From: Macrostomum lignano
Lineage: Eukaryota
Assembly (NCBI GenBank): GCA_002269645.1
Contig: NIVC01002366.1
Span: forward strand, 62,001 to 126,000
Length of the DNA: 64,000 bases
Direction: 5' to 3'
Every line of letters starts with the position of its first letter. Position 1 is the stretch's first letter. The position numbers and the translations under genes are program-made. Shown here one piece after another: positions 30,901-45,224 of the stretch. The notes below the pieces were generated by a model. That model was given only the letters and a program-made list of their open reading frames with translations. It did no database searches and was not told the origin of the DNA.

Positions 30901-33900
30901 GGATCAGGGAGTTAATACACCTGTTGGGATCAGGGAGTTAATACACCTGTTGGGATCAGGGAGTTAATACACCTGTTGGGATCAGGGAGTTAATACACCT
31001 GTTGGGATCAGGGAGTTAATACACCTGTTGGGATCAGGGAGTTAATACACCTGTTGGGATCAGGGAGTTAATACACCTGTTGGGATCAGGGAGTTAATAC
31101 ACCTGTTGGGATCAGGGAGTTAATACACCTGTTGGGATCAGGGAGTTAATACACCTGTTGGGATCAGGGAGTTAATACACCTGTTGGGATCAGGGAGTTA
31201 ATACACCTGTTGGGATCAGGGAGTTAATACACCTGTTGGGATCAGGGAGTTAATACACCTGTTGGGATCAGGGAGTTAATACACCTGTTGGGATCAGGGA
31301 GTTAATACACCTGTTGGGATCAGGGAGTTAATACACCTGTTGGGATCAGGGAGTTAATACACCTGTTGGGATCAGGGAGTTAATACACCTGTTGGGATCA
31401 GGGAGTTAATACACCTGTTGGGATCAGGGAGTTAATACACCTGTTGGGATCAGGGAGTTAATACACCTGTTGGGATCAGGGAGTTAATACACCTGTTGGG
31501 ATCAGGGAGTTAATACACCTGTTGGGATCAGGGAGTTAATACACCTGTTGGGATCAGGGAGTTAATACACCTGTTGGGATCAGGGAGTTAATACACCTGT
31601 TGGGATCAGGGAGTTAATACACCTGTTGGGATCAGGGAGTTAATACACCTGTTGGGATCAGGGAGTTAATACACCTGTTGGGATCAGGGAGTTAATACAC
31701 CTGTTGGGATCAGGGAGTTAATACACCTGTTGGGATCAGGGAGTTAATACACCTGTTGGGATCAGGGAGTTAATACACCTGTTGGGATCAGGGAGTTAAT
31801 ACACCTGTTGGGATCAGGGAGTTAATACACCTGTTGGGATCAGGGAGTTAATACACCTGTTGGGATCAGGGAGTTAATACACCTGTTGGGATCAGGGAGT
31901 TAATACACCTGTTGGGATCAGGGAGTTAATACACCTGTTGGGATCAGGGAGTTAATACACCTGTTGGGATCAGGGAGTTAATACACCTGTTGGGATCAGG
32001 GAGTTAATACACCTGTTGGGATCAGGGAGTTAATACACCTGTTGGGATCAGGGAGTTAATACACCTGTTGGGATCAGGGAGTTAATACACCTGTTGGGAT
32101 CAGGGAGTTAATACACCTGTTGGGATCAGGGAGTTAATACACCTGTTGGGATCAGGGAGTTAATACACCTGTTGGGATCAGGGAGTTAATACACCTGTTG
32201 GGATCAGGGAGTTAATACACCTGTTGGGATCAGGGAGTTAATACACCTGTTGGGATCAGGGAGTTAATACACCTGTTGGGATCAGGGAGTTAATACACCT
32301 GTTGGGATCAGGGAGTTAATACACCTGTTGGGATCAGGGAGTTAATACACCTGTTGGGATCAGGGAGTTAATACACCTGTTGGGATCAGGGAGTTAATAC
32401 ACCTGTTGGGATCAGGGAGTTAATACACCTGTTGGGATCAGGGAGTTAATACACCTGTTGGGATCAGGGAGTTAATACACCTGTTGGGATCAGGGAGTTA
32501 ATACACCTGTTGGGATCAGGGAGTTAATACACCTGTTGGGATCAGGGAGTTAATACACCTGTTGGGATCAGGGAGTTAATACACCTGTTGGGATCAGGGA
32601 GTTAATACACCTGTTGGGATCAGGGAGTTAATACACCTGTTGGGATCAGGGAGTTAATACACCTGTTGGGATCAGGGAGTTAATACACCTGTTGGGATCA
32701 GGGAGTTAATACACCTGTTGGGATCAGGGAGTTAATACACCTGTTGGGATCAGGGAGTTAATACACCTGTTGGGATCAGGGAGTTAATACACCTGTTGGG
32801 ATCAGGGAGTTAATACACCTGTTGGGATCAGGGAGTTAATACACCTGTTGGGATCAGGGAGTTAATACACCTGTTGGGATCAGGGAGTTAATACACCTGT
32901 TGGGATCAGGGAGTTAATACACCTGTTGGGATCAGGGAGTTAATACACCTGTTGGGATCAGGGAGTTAATACACCTGTTGGGATCAGGGAGTTAATACAC
33001 CTGTTGGGATCAGGGAGTTAATACACCTGTTGGGATCAGGGAGTTAATACACCTGTTGGGATCAGGGAGTTAATACACCTGTTGGGATCAGGGAGTTAAT
33101 ACACCTGTTGGGATCAGGGAGTTAATACACCTGTTGGGATCAGGGAGTTAATACACCTGTTGGGATCAGGGAGTTAATACACCTGTTGGGATCAGGGAGT
33201 TAATACACCTGTTGGGATCAGGGAGTTAATACACCTGTTGGGATCAGGGAGTTAATACACCTGTTGGGATCAGGGAGTTAATACACCTGTTGGGATCAGG
33301 GAGTTAATACACCTGTTGGGATCAGGGAGTTAATACACCTGTTGGGATCAGGGAGTTAATACACCTGTTGGGATCAGGGAGTTAATACACCTGTTGGGAT
33401 CAGGGAGTTAATACACCTGTTGGGATCAGGGAGTTAATACACCTGTTGGGATCAGGGAGTTAATACACCTGTTGGGATCAGGGAGTTAATACACCTGTTG
33501 GGATCAGGGAGTTAATACACCTGTTGGGATCAGGGAGTTAATACACCTGTTGGGATCAGGGAGTTAATACACCTGTTGGGATCAGGGAGTTAATACACCT
33601 GTTGGGATCAGGGAGTTAATACACCTGTTGGGATCAGGGAGTTAATACACCTGTTGGGATCAGGGAGTTAATACACCTGTTGGGATCAGGGAGTTAATAC
33701 ACCTGTTGGGATCAGGGAGTTAATACACCTGTTGGGATCAGGGAGTTAATACACCTGTTGGGATCAGGGAGTTAATACACCTGTTGGGATCAGGGAGTTA
33801 ATACACCTGTTGGGATCAGGGAGTTAATACACCTGTTGGGATCAGGGAGTTAATACACCTGTTGGGATCAGGGAGTTAATACACCTGTTGGGATCAGGGA

Positions 33901-36900
33901 GTTAATACACCTGTTGGGATCAGGGAGTTAATACACCTGTTGGGATCAGGGAGTTAATACACCTGTTGGGATCAGGGAGTTAATACACCTGTTGGGATCA
34001 GGGAGTTAATACACCTGTTGGGATCAGGGAGTTAATACACCTGTTGGGATCAGGGAGTTAATACACCTGTTGGGATCAGGGAGTTAATACACCTGTTGGG
34101 ATCAGGGAGTTAATACACCTGTTGGGATCAGGGAGTTAATACACCTGTTGGGATCAGGGAGTTAATACACCTGTTGGGATCAGGGAGTTAATACACCTGT
34201 TGGGATCAGGGAGTTAATACACCTGTTGGGATCAGGGAGTTAATACACCTGTTGGGATCAGGGAGTTAATACACCTGTTGGGATCAGGGAGTTAATACAC
34301 CTGTTGGGATCAGGGAGTTAATACACCTGTTGGGATCAGGGAGTTAATACACCTGTTGGGATCAGGGAGTTAATACACCTGTTGGGATCAGGGAGTTAAT
34401 ACACCTGTTGGGATCAGGGAGTTAATACACCTGTTGGGATCAGGGAGTTAATACACCTGTTGGGATCAGGGAGTTAATACACCTGTTGGGATCAGGGAGT
34501 TAATACACCTGTTGGGATCAGGGAGTTAATACACCTGTTGGGATCAGGGAGTTAATACACCTGTTGGGATCAGGGAGTTAATACACCTGTTGGGATCAGG
34601 GAGTTAATACACCTGTTGGGATCAGGGAGTTAATACACCTGTTGGGATCAGGGAGTTAATACACCTGTTGGGATCAGGGAGTTAATACACCTGTTGGGAT
34701 CAGGGAGTTAATACACCTGTTGGGATCAGGGAGTTAATACACCTGTTGGGATCAGGGAGTTAATACACCTGTTGGGATCAGGGAGTTAATACACCTGTTG
34801 GGATCAGGGAGTTAATACACCTGTTGGGATCAGGGAGTTAATACACCTGTTGGGATCAGGGAGTTAATACACCTGTTGGGATCAGGGAGTTAATACACCT
34901 GTTGGGATCAGGGAGTTAATACACCTGTTGGGATCAGGGAGTTAATACACCTGTTGGGATCAGGGAGTTAATACACCTGTTGGGATCAGGGAGTTAATAC
35001 ACCTGTTGGGATCAGGGAGTTAATACACCTGTTGGGATCAGGGAGTTAATACACCTGTTGGGATCAGGGAGTTAATACACCTGTTGGGATCAGGGAGTTA
35101 ATACACCTGTTGGGATCAGGGAGTTAATACACCTGTTGGGATCAGGGAGTTAATACACCTGTTGGGATCAGGGAGTTAATACACCTGTTGGGATCAGGGA
35201 GTTAATACACCTGTTGGGATCAGGGAGTTAATACACCTGTTGGGATCAGGGAGTTAATACACCTGTTGGGATCAGGGAGTTAATACACCTGTTGGGATCA
35301 GGGAGTTAATACACCTGTTGGGATCAGGGAGTTAATACACCTGTTGGGATCAGGGAGTTAATACACCTGTTGGGATCAGGGAGTTAATACACCTGTTGGG
35401 ATCAGGGAGTTAATACACCTGTTGGGATCAGGGAGTTAATACACCTGTTGGGATCAGGGAGTTAATACACCTGTTGGGATCAGGGAGTTAATACACCTGT
35501 TGGGATCAGGGAGTTAATACACCTGTTGGGATCAGGGAGTTAATACACCTGTTGGGATCAGGGAGTTAATACACCTGTTGGGATCAGGGAGTTAATACAC
35601 CTGTTGGGATCAGGGAGTTAATACACCTGTTGGGATCAGGGAGTTAATACACCTGTTGGGATCAGGGAGTTAATACACCTGTTGGGATCAGGGAGTTAAT
35701 ACACCTGTTGGGATCAGGGAGTTAATACACCTGTTGGGATCAGGGAGTTAATACACCTGTTGGGATCAGGGAGTTAATACACCTGTTGGGATCAGGGAGT
35801 TAATACACCTGTTGGGATCAGGGAGTTAATACACCTGTTGGGATCAGGGAGTTAATACACCTGTTGGGATCAGGGAGTTAATACACCTGTTGGGATCAGG
35901 GAGTTAATACACCTGTTGGGATCAGGGAGTTAATACACCTGTTGGGATCAGGGAGTTAATACACCTGTTGGGATCAGGGAGTTAATACACCTGTTGGGAT
36001 CAGGGAGTTAATACACCTGTTGGGATCAGGGAGTTAATACACCTGTTGGGATCAGGGAGTTAATACACCTGTTGGGATCAGGGAGTTAATACACCTGTTG
36101 GGATCAGGGAGTTAATACACCTGTTGGGATCAGGGAGTTAATACACCTGTTGGGATCAGGGAGTTAATACACCTGTTGGGATCAGGGAGTTAATACACCT
36201 GTTGGGATCAGGGAGTTAATACACCTGTTGGGATCAGGGAGTTAATACACCTGTTGGGATCAGGGAGTTAATACACCTGTTGGGATCAGGGAGTTAATAC
36301 ACCTGTTGGGATCAGGGAGTTAATACACCTGTTGGGATCAGGGAGTTAATACACCTGTTGGGATCAGGGAGTTAATACACCTGTTGGGATCAGGGAGTTA
36401 ATACACCTGTTGGGATCAGGGAGTTAATACACCTGTTGGGATCAGGGAGTTAATACACCTGTTGGGATCAGGGAGTTAATACACCTGTTGGGATCAGGGA
36501 GTTAATACACCTGTTGGGATCAGGGAGTTAATACACCTGTTGGATCAGGGAGTTAATACACCTGTTGGGATCAGGGAGTTAATACACCTGTTGGGATCAG
36601 GGAGTTAATACACCTGTTGGGATCAGGGAGTTAATACACCTGTTGGGATCAGGGAGTTAATACACCTGTTGGGATCAGGGAGTTAATACACCTGTTGGGA
36701 TCAGGGAGTTAATACACCTGTTGGGATCAGGGAGTTAATACACCTGTTGGGATCAGGGAGTTAATACACCTGTTGGGATCAGGGAGTTAATACACCTGTT
36801 GGGATCAGGGAGTTAATACACCTGTTGGGATCAGGGAGTTAATACACCTGTTGGGATCAGGGAGTTAATACACCTGTTGGGATCAGGGAGTTAATACACC

Positions 36901-38278
36901 TGTTGGGATCAGGGAGTTAATACACCTGTTGGGATCAGGGAGTTAATACACCTGTTGGGATCAGGGAGTTAATACACCTGTTGGGATCAGGGAGTTAATA
37001 CACCTGTTGGGATCAGGGAGTTAATACACCTGTTGGGATCAGGGAGTTAATACACCTGTTGGGATCAGGGAGTTAATACACCTGTTGGGATCAGGGAGTT
37101 AATACACCTGTTGGGATCAGGGAGTTAATACACCTGTTGGGATCAGGGAGTTAATACACCTGTTGGGATCAGGGAGTTAATACACCTGTTGGGATCAGGG
37201 AGTTAATACACCTGTTGGGATCAGGGAGTTAATACACCTGTTGGGATCAGGGAGTTAATACACCTGTTGGGATCAGGGAGTTAATACACCTGTTGGGATC
37301 AGGGAGTTAATACACCTGTTGGGATCAGGGAGTTAATACACCTGTTGGGATCAGGGAGTTAATACACCTGTTGGGATCAGGGAGTTAATACACCTGTTGG
37401 GATCAGGGAGTTAATACACCTGTTGGGATCAGGGAGTTAATACACCTGTTGGGATCAGGGAGTTAATACACCTGTTGGGATCAGGGAGTTAATACACCTG
37501 TTGGGATCAGGGAGTTAATACACCTGTTGGGATCAGGGAGTTAATACACCTGTTGGGATCAGGGAGTTAATACACCTGTTGGGATCAGGGAGTTAATACA
37601 CCTGTTGGGATCAGGGAGTTAATACACCTGTTGGGATCAGGGAGTTAATACACCTGTTGGGATCAGGGAGTTAATACACCTGTTGGGATCAGGGAGTTAA
37701 TACACCTGTTGGGATCAGGGAGTTAATACACCTGTTGGGATCAGGGAGTTAATACACCTGTTGGGATCAGGGAGTTAATACACCTGTTGGGATCAGGGAG
37801 TTAATACACCTGTTGGGATCAGGGAGTTAATACACCTGTTGGGATCAGGGAGTTAATACACCTGTTGGGATCAGGGAGTTAATACACCTGTTGGGATCAG
37901 GGAGTTAATACACCTGTTGGGATCAGGGAGTTAATACACCTGTTGGGATCAGGGAGTTAATACACCTGTTGGGATCAGGGAGTTAATACACCTGTTGGGA
38001 TCAGGGAGTTAATACACCTGTTGGGATCAGGGAGTTAATACACCTGTTGGGATCAGGGAGTTAATACACCTGTGGGATCAGGGAGTTAATACACCTGTTG
38101 GGATCAGGGAGTTAATACACCTGTTGGGATCAGGGAGTTAATACACCTGTTGGGATCAGGGAGTTAATACACCTGTTGGGATCAGGGAGTTAATACACCT
38201 GTTGGGATCAGGGAGTTAATACACCTGTTGGGATCAGGGAGTTAATACACCTGTTGGGATCAGGGAGTTAATACACAC
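27951..38278 (-). repeat. Satellite array, about 397 x 26 bp; minus-strand unit GTGTATTAACTCCCTGATCCCAACAG
   Basis: 10.3 kb of nearly invariant CACCTGTTGGGATCAGGGAGTTAATA on the plus strand, with only a few substitutions and 1-2-bp indels. Confidence 0.98.
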
Positions 38279-38333
38279 CTGTCGGTAAATCGATGCTACC
38301 TGTTGATAAGAGCTGTCAATCAGGAGTTGCCAG

Positions 38334-40119
38334 TTACTCCTCGCGCCGGCCGGTCCGCACGGCCTCGGTCCGCAGCGGCAGCAGCAGGCGCAGCAGCGAC
38401 TTGGTCAGCTCGGCCTGAGCGCGCAGCAGGATGCAGAAGTCCTCCATGCGGCCCTCCAGGCCTTCGCTCTCGTACAGGTCGGCCATGACGGTCCTGAAGC
38501 TGTCGCCGAAGCTGTCGATCAGGTAGGCGCGCTTGGCGGCGCTCGGCGCAGCGGCGATGGTGCTGCGGATCAGCCCGGCCACCAGGCCGAACGGCTGCTT
38601 GGCCTTGACGGTCACCAGACAGAGCGACGTCAGCAGCATCACCAGCTCGTTGCTGGTCGACTCGCTTTTCGACATTCGACGCGCCATGCCGTTTAGCACC
38701 AGGCGGCTCACCTGGCAGCCGGCCATGAGCAGCACGCAGGCGGAGTTCTCGGACAGCCAGGCGGTGGGCAGCCTGCGCAGGGATGACAAACGGAATTGAG
38801 TCGTTAAAAAACACAAGAGTTGCCCCAGAGTCGCAAGAGTCAACAGAGAGCTGTTTGCAATGACTCTTTAGCGATTCTTGCCATGGTAACGTTTCCAACG
38901 GGCTGCCCACTCCGCCGACTCCCCTGAGCAGGCACACAAGCGCGCGGATACGTACACTGTACTGTGCCCTGGGGGGTTGGCTTCGAAGGGCGTTAATTGC
39001 AGGAGCAGAGCCAAGCCGAGATTCCAATTTAGCCCCAAGTTAATGTGACTGCAATTGAAATCGAGCCTGGGCCGCGCTCTAGCGCCACAGACTGGCGCTC
39101 GCGCCTCACCTGGTCAGCTCTTCGAACAGGCGCGGAATTCGCGGCCGCAGCTTCTTGTCAGTGTAGAGGGCGCGCAGGGCGTCGCCAAGGCTGCCGAAGC
39201 AGGCGTCGATTTGGGCGGCGCTGGCTGCCGTGCTGCGGGACATGTCGCGCCACATCACCCGCGACTCGAACGTCGGCCCGAGGGTGACGAACAGCAGCCA
39301 GGCGGCCGGCCGGGACCGCCAGGCGGCCAACAGGCGGCAAAAGCGGCGCCAGCGCTGCCGCTCGGAGCAGACGGCCAGGAACAGGTGGCGGATGAAGAGG
39401 CGGACGCGGAAATCGTCGACTGCGGAGACGGGAGCGCCGCCAGACGAGACGGCGAGCTCGGCGACGGTCAGCAGGGCGGGTCTCCGCCGGGAGCTGCGCG
39501 GGTCGAACAGGCGAAGCAGCGCCAGTCCGGCGGGGTCCAGCCAGCGGGCCGGCCACCCGGCGGTGAACTCGCCGACCAGCAGGCCGGCGGCCGAGTAGTG
39601 GGCGCGCACCTCCCGGATGGTGGCGCCCGGCTCGGCGGCGGCGAGGCAGGACGGCATCAGGTAGCGGTGAAGGAGCCGCAGACGGTCCGGCAAGGCGTCA
39701 AAGCAGCTGAGCCGCTTCAGCAGGCGGCCAGCGCGGACAAATTTCGAGTCGGAGCAGGCGACGTCGGAGGAGGCGGCGGCGGAGGTCGGCGAGCCGACGA
39801 GATTTGGCATGGACGCGCGGAGCAGCCTGCAGGCGTAGGCGGACTCGGTGAATTCGCGGACAAGATGGTGGAAGCTGCGGCAGGTGCAGGCCAGTTGGCC
39901 GAGATCGTCGGCGTCCAGACAGCCGCTGGCGAGGATGCGGAACAGCAGCTCCGGCGGCAGGTTGGCGAGGCCTCGGCTTGGCGGCTGCTCGCTTGGGCGG
40001 CTCCGCTTGGCCGGTGGCGCAGACGGGCTGCGGCGGCGCTTGTGGCAGTCGACTGCCGAAGCTTCGGCAGCGGCTGCGGTTGCAGACATCTGGCATAGAG
40101 TCATCCAGCGGTGCAGCAT
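38334..40119 (-). CDS. FBXO47: F-box protein 47 homologue, 2 coding exons
   Basis: Exons 40119-39110 (AG|gtgag) and 38772-38334 (gcgcag|G, ends TAA). It has an F-box LANLPPELLFRIL..LDADDLGQLACTCRSF plus motifs I recall from FBXO47: GRLLKR, TAGW, RVRLFIR, LLFVTLGP, VMWRDM, LGDALRALY, LPTAWLSENSACVLLMAG, LRAQA. Confidence 0.85.
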
Positions 40120-40274
40120 GACGATTGGGACTGGCGAGCTGCGATGAATATTGATGGATGATGGGGGACGGAGACTGGAGGTATTGCGTTTGGTTAAATA
40201 AAGAAATTTTGAGTAGGTTCTCCTAAGACTGGTTCAGAATCGGTTAAATCGGGGTAAACCTCTACTCTACTATT

Positions 40275-40795
40275 AGAGAATACTCTTACACCGAGGGAGA
40301 TTACTCTTACAGCGAGAGAGATTACTCTTACAGCGAGAGAGATTACTCTTACACCGAGGAAGATTACTCTAAAACCGGGGAGATTACTCTAAAACCGGGG
40401 GAGATTACTCTAAAACCGGGGAGATTACTCTAAAACCGGGGAGATTACTCTAAAACCGGGGAGATTACTCTAAAACCGGGGAGTTTACACTAAAACCGGG
40501 GAGATTACTCTAAAACCGGGGAGATTACTCTAAAACCGGGGAGATTACTCTAAAACAGGGGAGATTACTCTAAAACCGGGGAGATTACTCTAAAACCGGG
40601 GGAGATTACTCTAAAACCGGGGAGATTACTCTAAAACCGGGGAGATTACTCTAAAACAGGGGAGATTACTCTAAAACCGGGGGAGATTACTCTAAAACCG
40701 GGGAGATTACTCTAAAACCGGGGGAGATTACTCTAAAACCGGGGAGATTACTCTAAAACTGGGGAGATTACTCTAAAATCGGGGGAGTTTACTCT
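40275..40795. repeat. Minisatellite, 20-bp unit GGGGAGATTACTCTAAAACC, between MRPL43 and FBXO47
   Basis: About 25 units. Confidence 0.9.
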
Positions 40796-41036
40796 AGCAA
40801 AAGCAGCACGCAAACATTAACAGACTATTAAAGCAACAAGTTTAACGGCACATTTAACTGTGTATTTATAAATTTGCAATCGCTACTAACATGCAGACAA
40901 TTCTAGGCAACACTGAGCTATCCAGGATAATGTCAAGAGGGGTCACTAGACTGGCACCAGATACTCCAGCGCTAGACTGACCAATCTGTAACCAAGACAA
41001 ACATTTCGTTCACTGTGTGCGCCGGTCGAGAAGAGC

Positions 41037-41979
<943 letters not shown>

Positions 41980-42830
41980 AGCGCTGCTGGTGACTGGAAA
42001 TTGAAAGCAATTATCAATGTTTTCGATACATATCGGGCTAAGAAAACACTTGTAATAAGGAGTGGATTCAAGGCAGCGTTTCTATTGTTTTCGATACATA
42101 TCGCTGTAATCGCGACAGTGAATTTTTTTCGGCCTATTTTTCTAAGAAATCACTGATGGCAAAAATCAGCAAAATAAAGGAAGCCGAACGATGCTCACAA
42201 GTTCCAAAAAACAATATCATAATCATAATTTGTTGCAAGCCTCAATCTATACAAAATCTGCATAGGGGGAATTGGGTTATGTGATCATGTAAAAATGTGC
42301 AATCTCTGCTGGAAGAGCACAAGTTTGGCGTATCAACAGTTTTAATGGCAACTAAAAATATTATTAATAAACGAAGTAGTGGACTTTATAGCAAGGAAAC
42401 AATAATATTCTGGAATATCGATTTGGTACAAGCGGATTTAGGCGCATATCTGAATACAAAACAGGTCACGACAGTCTGATCTGATATTGTGCTGGTAAAA
42501 AAGCTTTATAAACATGTAAATATTGAGTGCTGGCACGGATGGATAATGCTGCTTGTGTTGATTAGCCAATCTTAGCGCAGGTAACTGCTCTAGAAAAATA
42601 AATAATTATAATAATAAACAGTTCTATTTATATTGAGAAACAGAGAAATTCCAATTTAAGCCCTGATTGCATGGTGCTGCACACTCTGGACACAAATAAA
42701 GTTGGCTACTTCATATCGCTTATACACTACTGATATATTGGAATTCAGCGTCTATATAGAGTTTTTTGCATAAATCAGCGAAAATAACTGAGCTTGCGTT
42801 GAGCACTGCGGAGGCAGCTCAGCGGCGTGT

Positions 42831-45138
42831 TCAATCGGCTGACGGGCCAAACTTTTCCGCTGGAGCTGCGCCTGCGGCATCACGGCGTTCCGAGACTGCG
42901 GCTATCTGCATTCCGGACTCTGACTCTGGGGCTGATGCAGCTGCCAGCTGATGAGGCTGCTGTTGCTGAGGCTGCTGTTGCTGAGGCTGCTGTTGCTGAG
43001 GCTGCTGTTGCTGAGGTTCAGCCTGATGAAAGTGCAGGGAACCGCCGGTCATCGAAGCCGGGGTAGCCGCGATGGAGCCGAAGTCGTCCATCGCAGCGAC
43101 GGACACGGCGGGCGTCATCACGGAAGCGAAGGACTGCTGGCCGTAGGAGGCTGCCGGCTGTGGGTGGGGAGCGGATCAGACAGTTGTTAGAGGGCGGAAT
43201 CGCACCGACTAGTAGGACATTACAGAGTCGAATCAATAAGTTATAAAGAGCGGAAGTAGGCGGCAATTGGGAAGTACAGAGCGGAAATGGGGAATTCTGG
43301 AGAAGTATACTGCGGTAGAGAGCGGTATACTGTGGTAGAGAGCGGTATATTGTGGTAGAGAGCGGTATACTGCGGTAGAGAGCGGTATACTGCGGTAGAG
43401 AGCGGTATACTGTGGTAGAGAGCGGTATACTGCGGTAGAGAGCGGTATACTGCGGTAGAGAGCGGTATACTGTGGTAGAGAGCGGTATACTGCGGTAGAG
43501 AGCGGAATTACTGTGGTAGAGAGCGGAAGTACTGTGGTAGAGAGTGGAATTACTGTGGAAGAGAGCGGTAGACTGTGGTAAAGAGCGGTAGACTGTGGTA
43601 GAGAGCGGTAGACTGTGGTAGAGAGCAGTAGACTGTGGTAGAGAGCAGTAGACTGTGGTAGAGAGCAGTAGACTGTGGTAGAGAGCGGTAGACTGTGGTA
43701 AAGAGCGGTAGACTGTGGTAGAGAGCAGTAGACTGTGGTAAAGAGCAGTAGACTGTGGTAAAGAGCGGTAGACTGTGGTAGAGAGCGGAAGTAGACTGTG
43801 GTAGAGAGCAGTAGACTGTGGTAGAGAGCAGTAGACTGTGGTAGAGAGCAGTAGACTGTGGTAGAGAGCAGTAGACTGTGGTAGAGAGCAGTAGACTGTG
43901 GTAGAGAGCGGAATCAAGCAGCGATGGAGAGGCCGTATTAAGATGCAAACCTGATTCGGCTGCTGGTGCGTCGCCACGGGCAGGTAAGCGCTTCCAGGTG
44001 GTTGCGGAAGCTGCTGCACATGCTGGTGCACTGGCGCGGAGCTGTAGTACACAGGCTGGGGAGGGAGCTGCTGCTGCTGGTACACTCCGCCCAGCTCAGT
44101 CAGAGTTTGGCCAGCACCGAGCTGCTGGACTAACGATGTTGTAGGAAAATTTCCCTGTTGATGAGGCACAGGAAACTGATGCTGATAAGGAGGCATAACA
44201 GGCATCAGTTGATAAGGCTGGCGATGAGACTGGAACTGCTGCTGCTGATGCAGCGGAGGCTGAGTGACAGCCATGAGGGTGACAGTGCCAGGCGGCAGCA
44301 GCTGCTGCAGCTGTGACTGAGGCAGCAACTGGCTGAGGGATTCCAATTTCACAGGTGAGATCTGCTGCTGCTGGGGCTGACACTGGACCAGCTGGGGCAG
44401 CATCTGGAACTGCTGCTGCTGAGGAGGAAGAGAAGCAGGTGCAGCCGCATTCCCCTCCTCCTGCTTGACGCTCTTCGCCTGGGCGTCGGGAGCGCCGCCA
44501 CTGGGCTTTGATTTTCTCTTGGAAGTGGACGGCCTGGGCGCGGCCAGCTTCTTCGCGGACTCTTGTTGGTCTGAGGCCATCTTCTCCTGGAAGAGCCGGT
44601 GCGACTCCGTCTGCTTGTAGGCCGCCAGCCGGGCCTCGTACTCGGCCGAGGCCTTGGCGTAGGCCTGCCGGTAGGCATCCTTGTCAGCCGACGGCAGGTC
44701 GCGCCACTGTCTGGCAACCACTTTGATCTGGTCGCGGCCTTTGAGCCGGTGCTCCGGCGTGTCCCGGATGTGCAGCCCGAGCTCGCCCATCTTCTCCTTC
44801 ACGAACATGGTGTAGGCGGAGCGCGGGTTCACCGGCTCCTGCGGATCGCGGCGAGCCTGGCGGGACCGACGGCCGGTGCCAACCGGCCTGCGCGGCTTAG
44901 CCTGCGGAGTCTGACCGGACGCTTCATCTTTGAGTCCGTCATCGGCGGCGGCAGCGGTGGCAGCTTCAGAGGACTCCGCAGGCTGCTTAGCGCCTCCGAT
45001 GAGGTCCTCAATGATGCTCGAGAGCGACACGGTGATTGGTGGGAGGGACGCGGCGGCCCGCACTAGGCATGAATTTTTTAGAAAACAATGCAAGTATGAA
45101 GTTGAATTTGCAGTGAGCGCTACTGACAGTAGACCCAA
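42831..45138 (-). CDS. HMG-box protein (HMG20-like box) with Gln-rich C-terminus; start codon unresolved
   Basis: The large exon is open from at most 45138 (TTG, not ATG) to 43951 (CAG|gttt); the last exon is 43157-42831 (cccacag|, phase 0). HMG box: PVNPRSAYTMFVKEK...QIKVVARQWRDLPSADKDAYRQAYAKASAEYEARLAAYKQTESHRLF. A candidate upstream ATG micro-exon lies at 46835. Confidence 0.8.
43305..43910. repeat. Intronic minisatellite, 20-bp unit GTAGACTGTGGTAGAGAGC(A/G)
   Basis: About 30 units inside the HMG-gene intron. Confidence 0.92.
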
Positions 45139-45224
45139 TGTATTTTAACATTTTTTTCTAGCGAAAATACTCAATAGAAATTTTCGTGATTTTCTGGGTT
45201 TTCCAATGGGCAATTTTGCTGGAG

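Noticed and set aside
27951-38278. CRISPR-like appearance of the 26-bp array (and the 46-bp array)
   Set aside because: Units are head-to-tail with no unique spacers, no cas genes are present, and the context is eukaryotic.
39045-40147. Several overlapping ORFs opposite or within FBXO47
   Set aside because: They are shadow frames of a GC-rich exon with no recognisable motifs.
43018-45138. 706-aa single ORF for the HMG protein
   Set aside because: The STTVYRSLPQ segment is a 20-bp intronic minisatellite between a GT donor (43950) and an AG acceptor (43158); the true last exon is in another frame.
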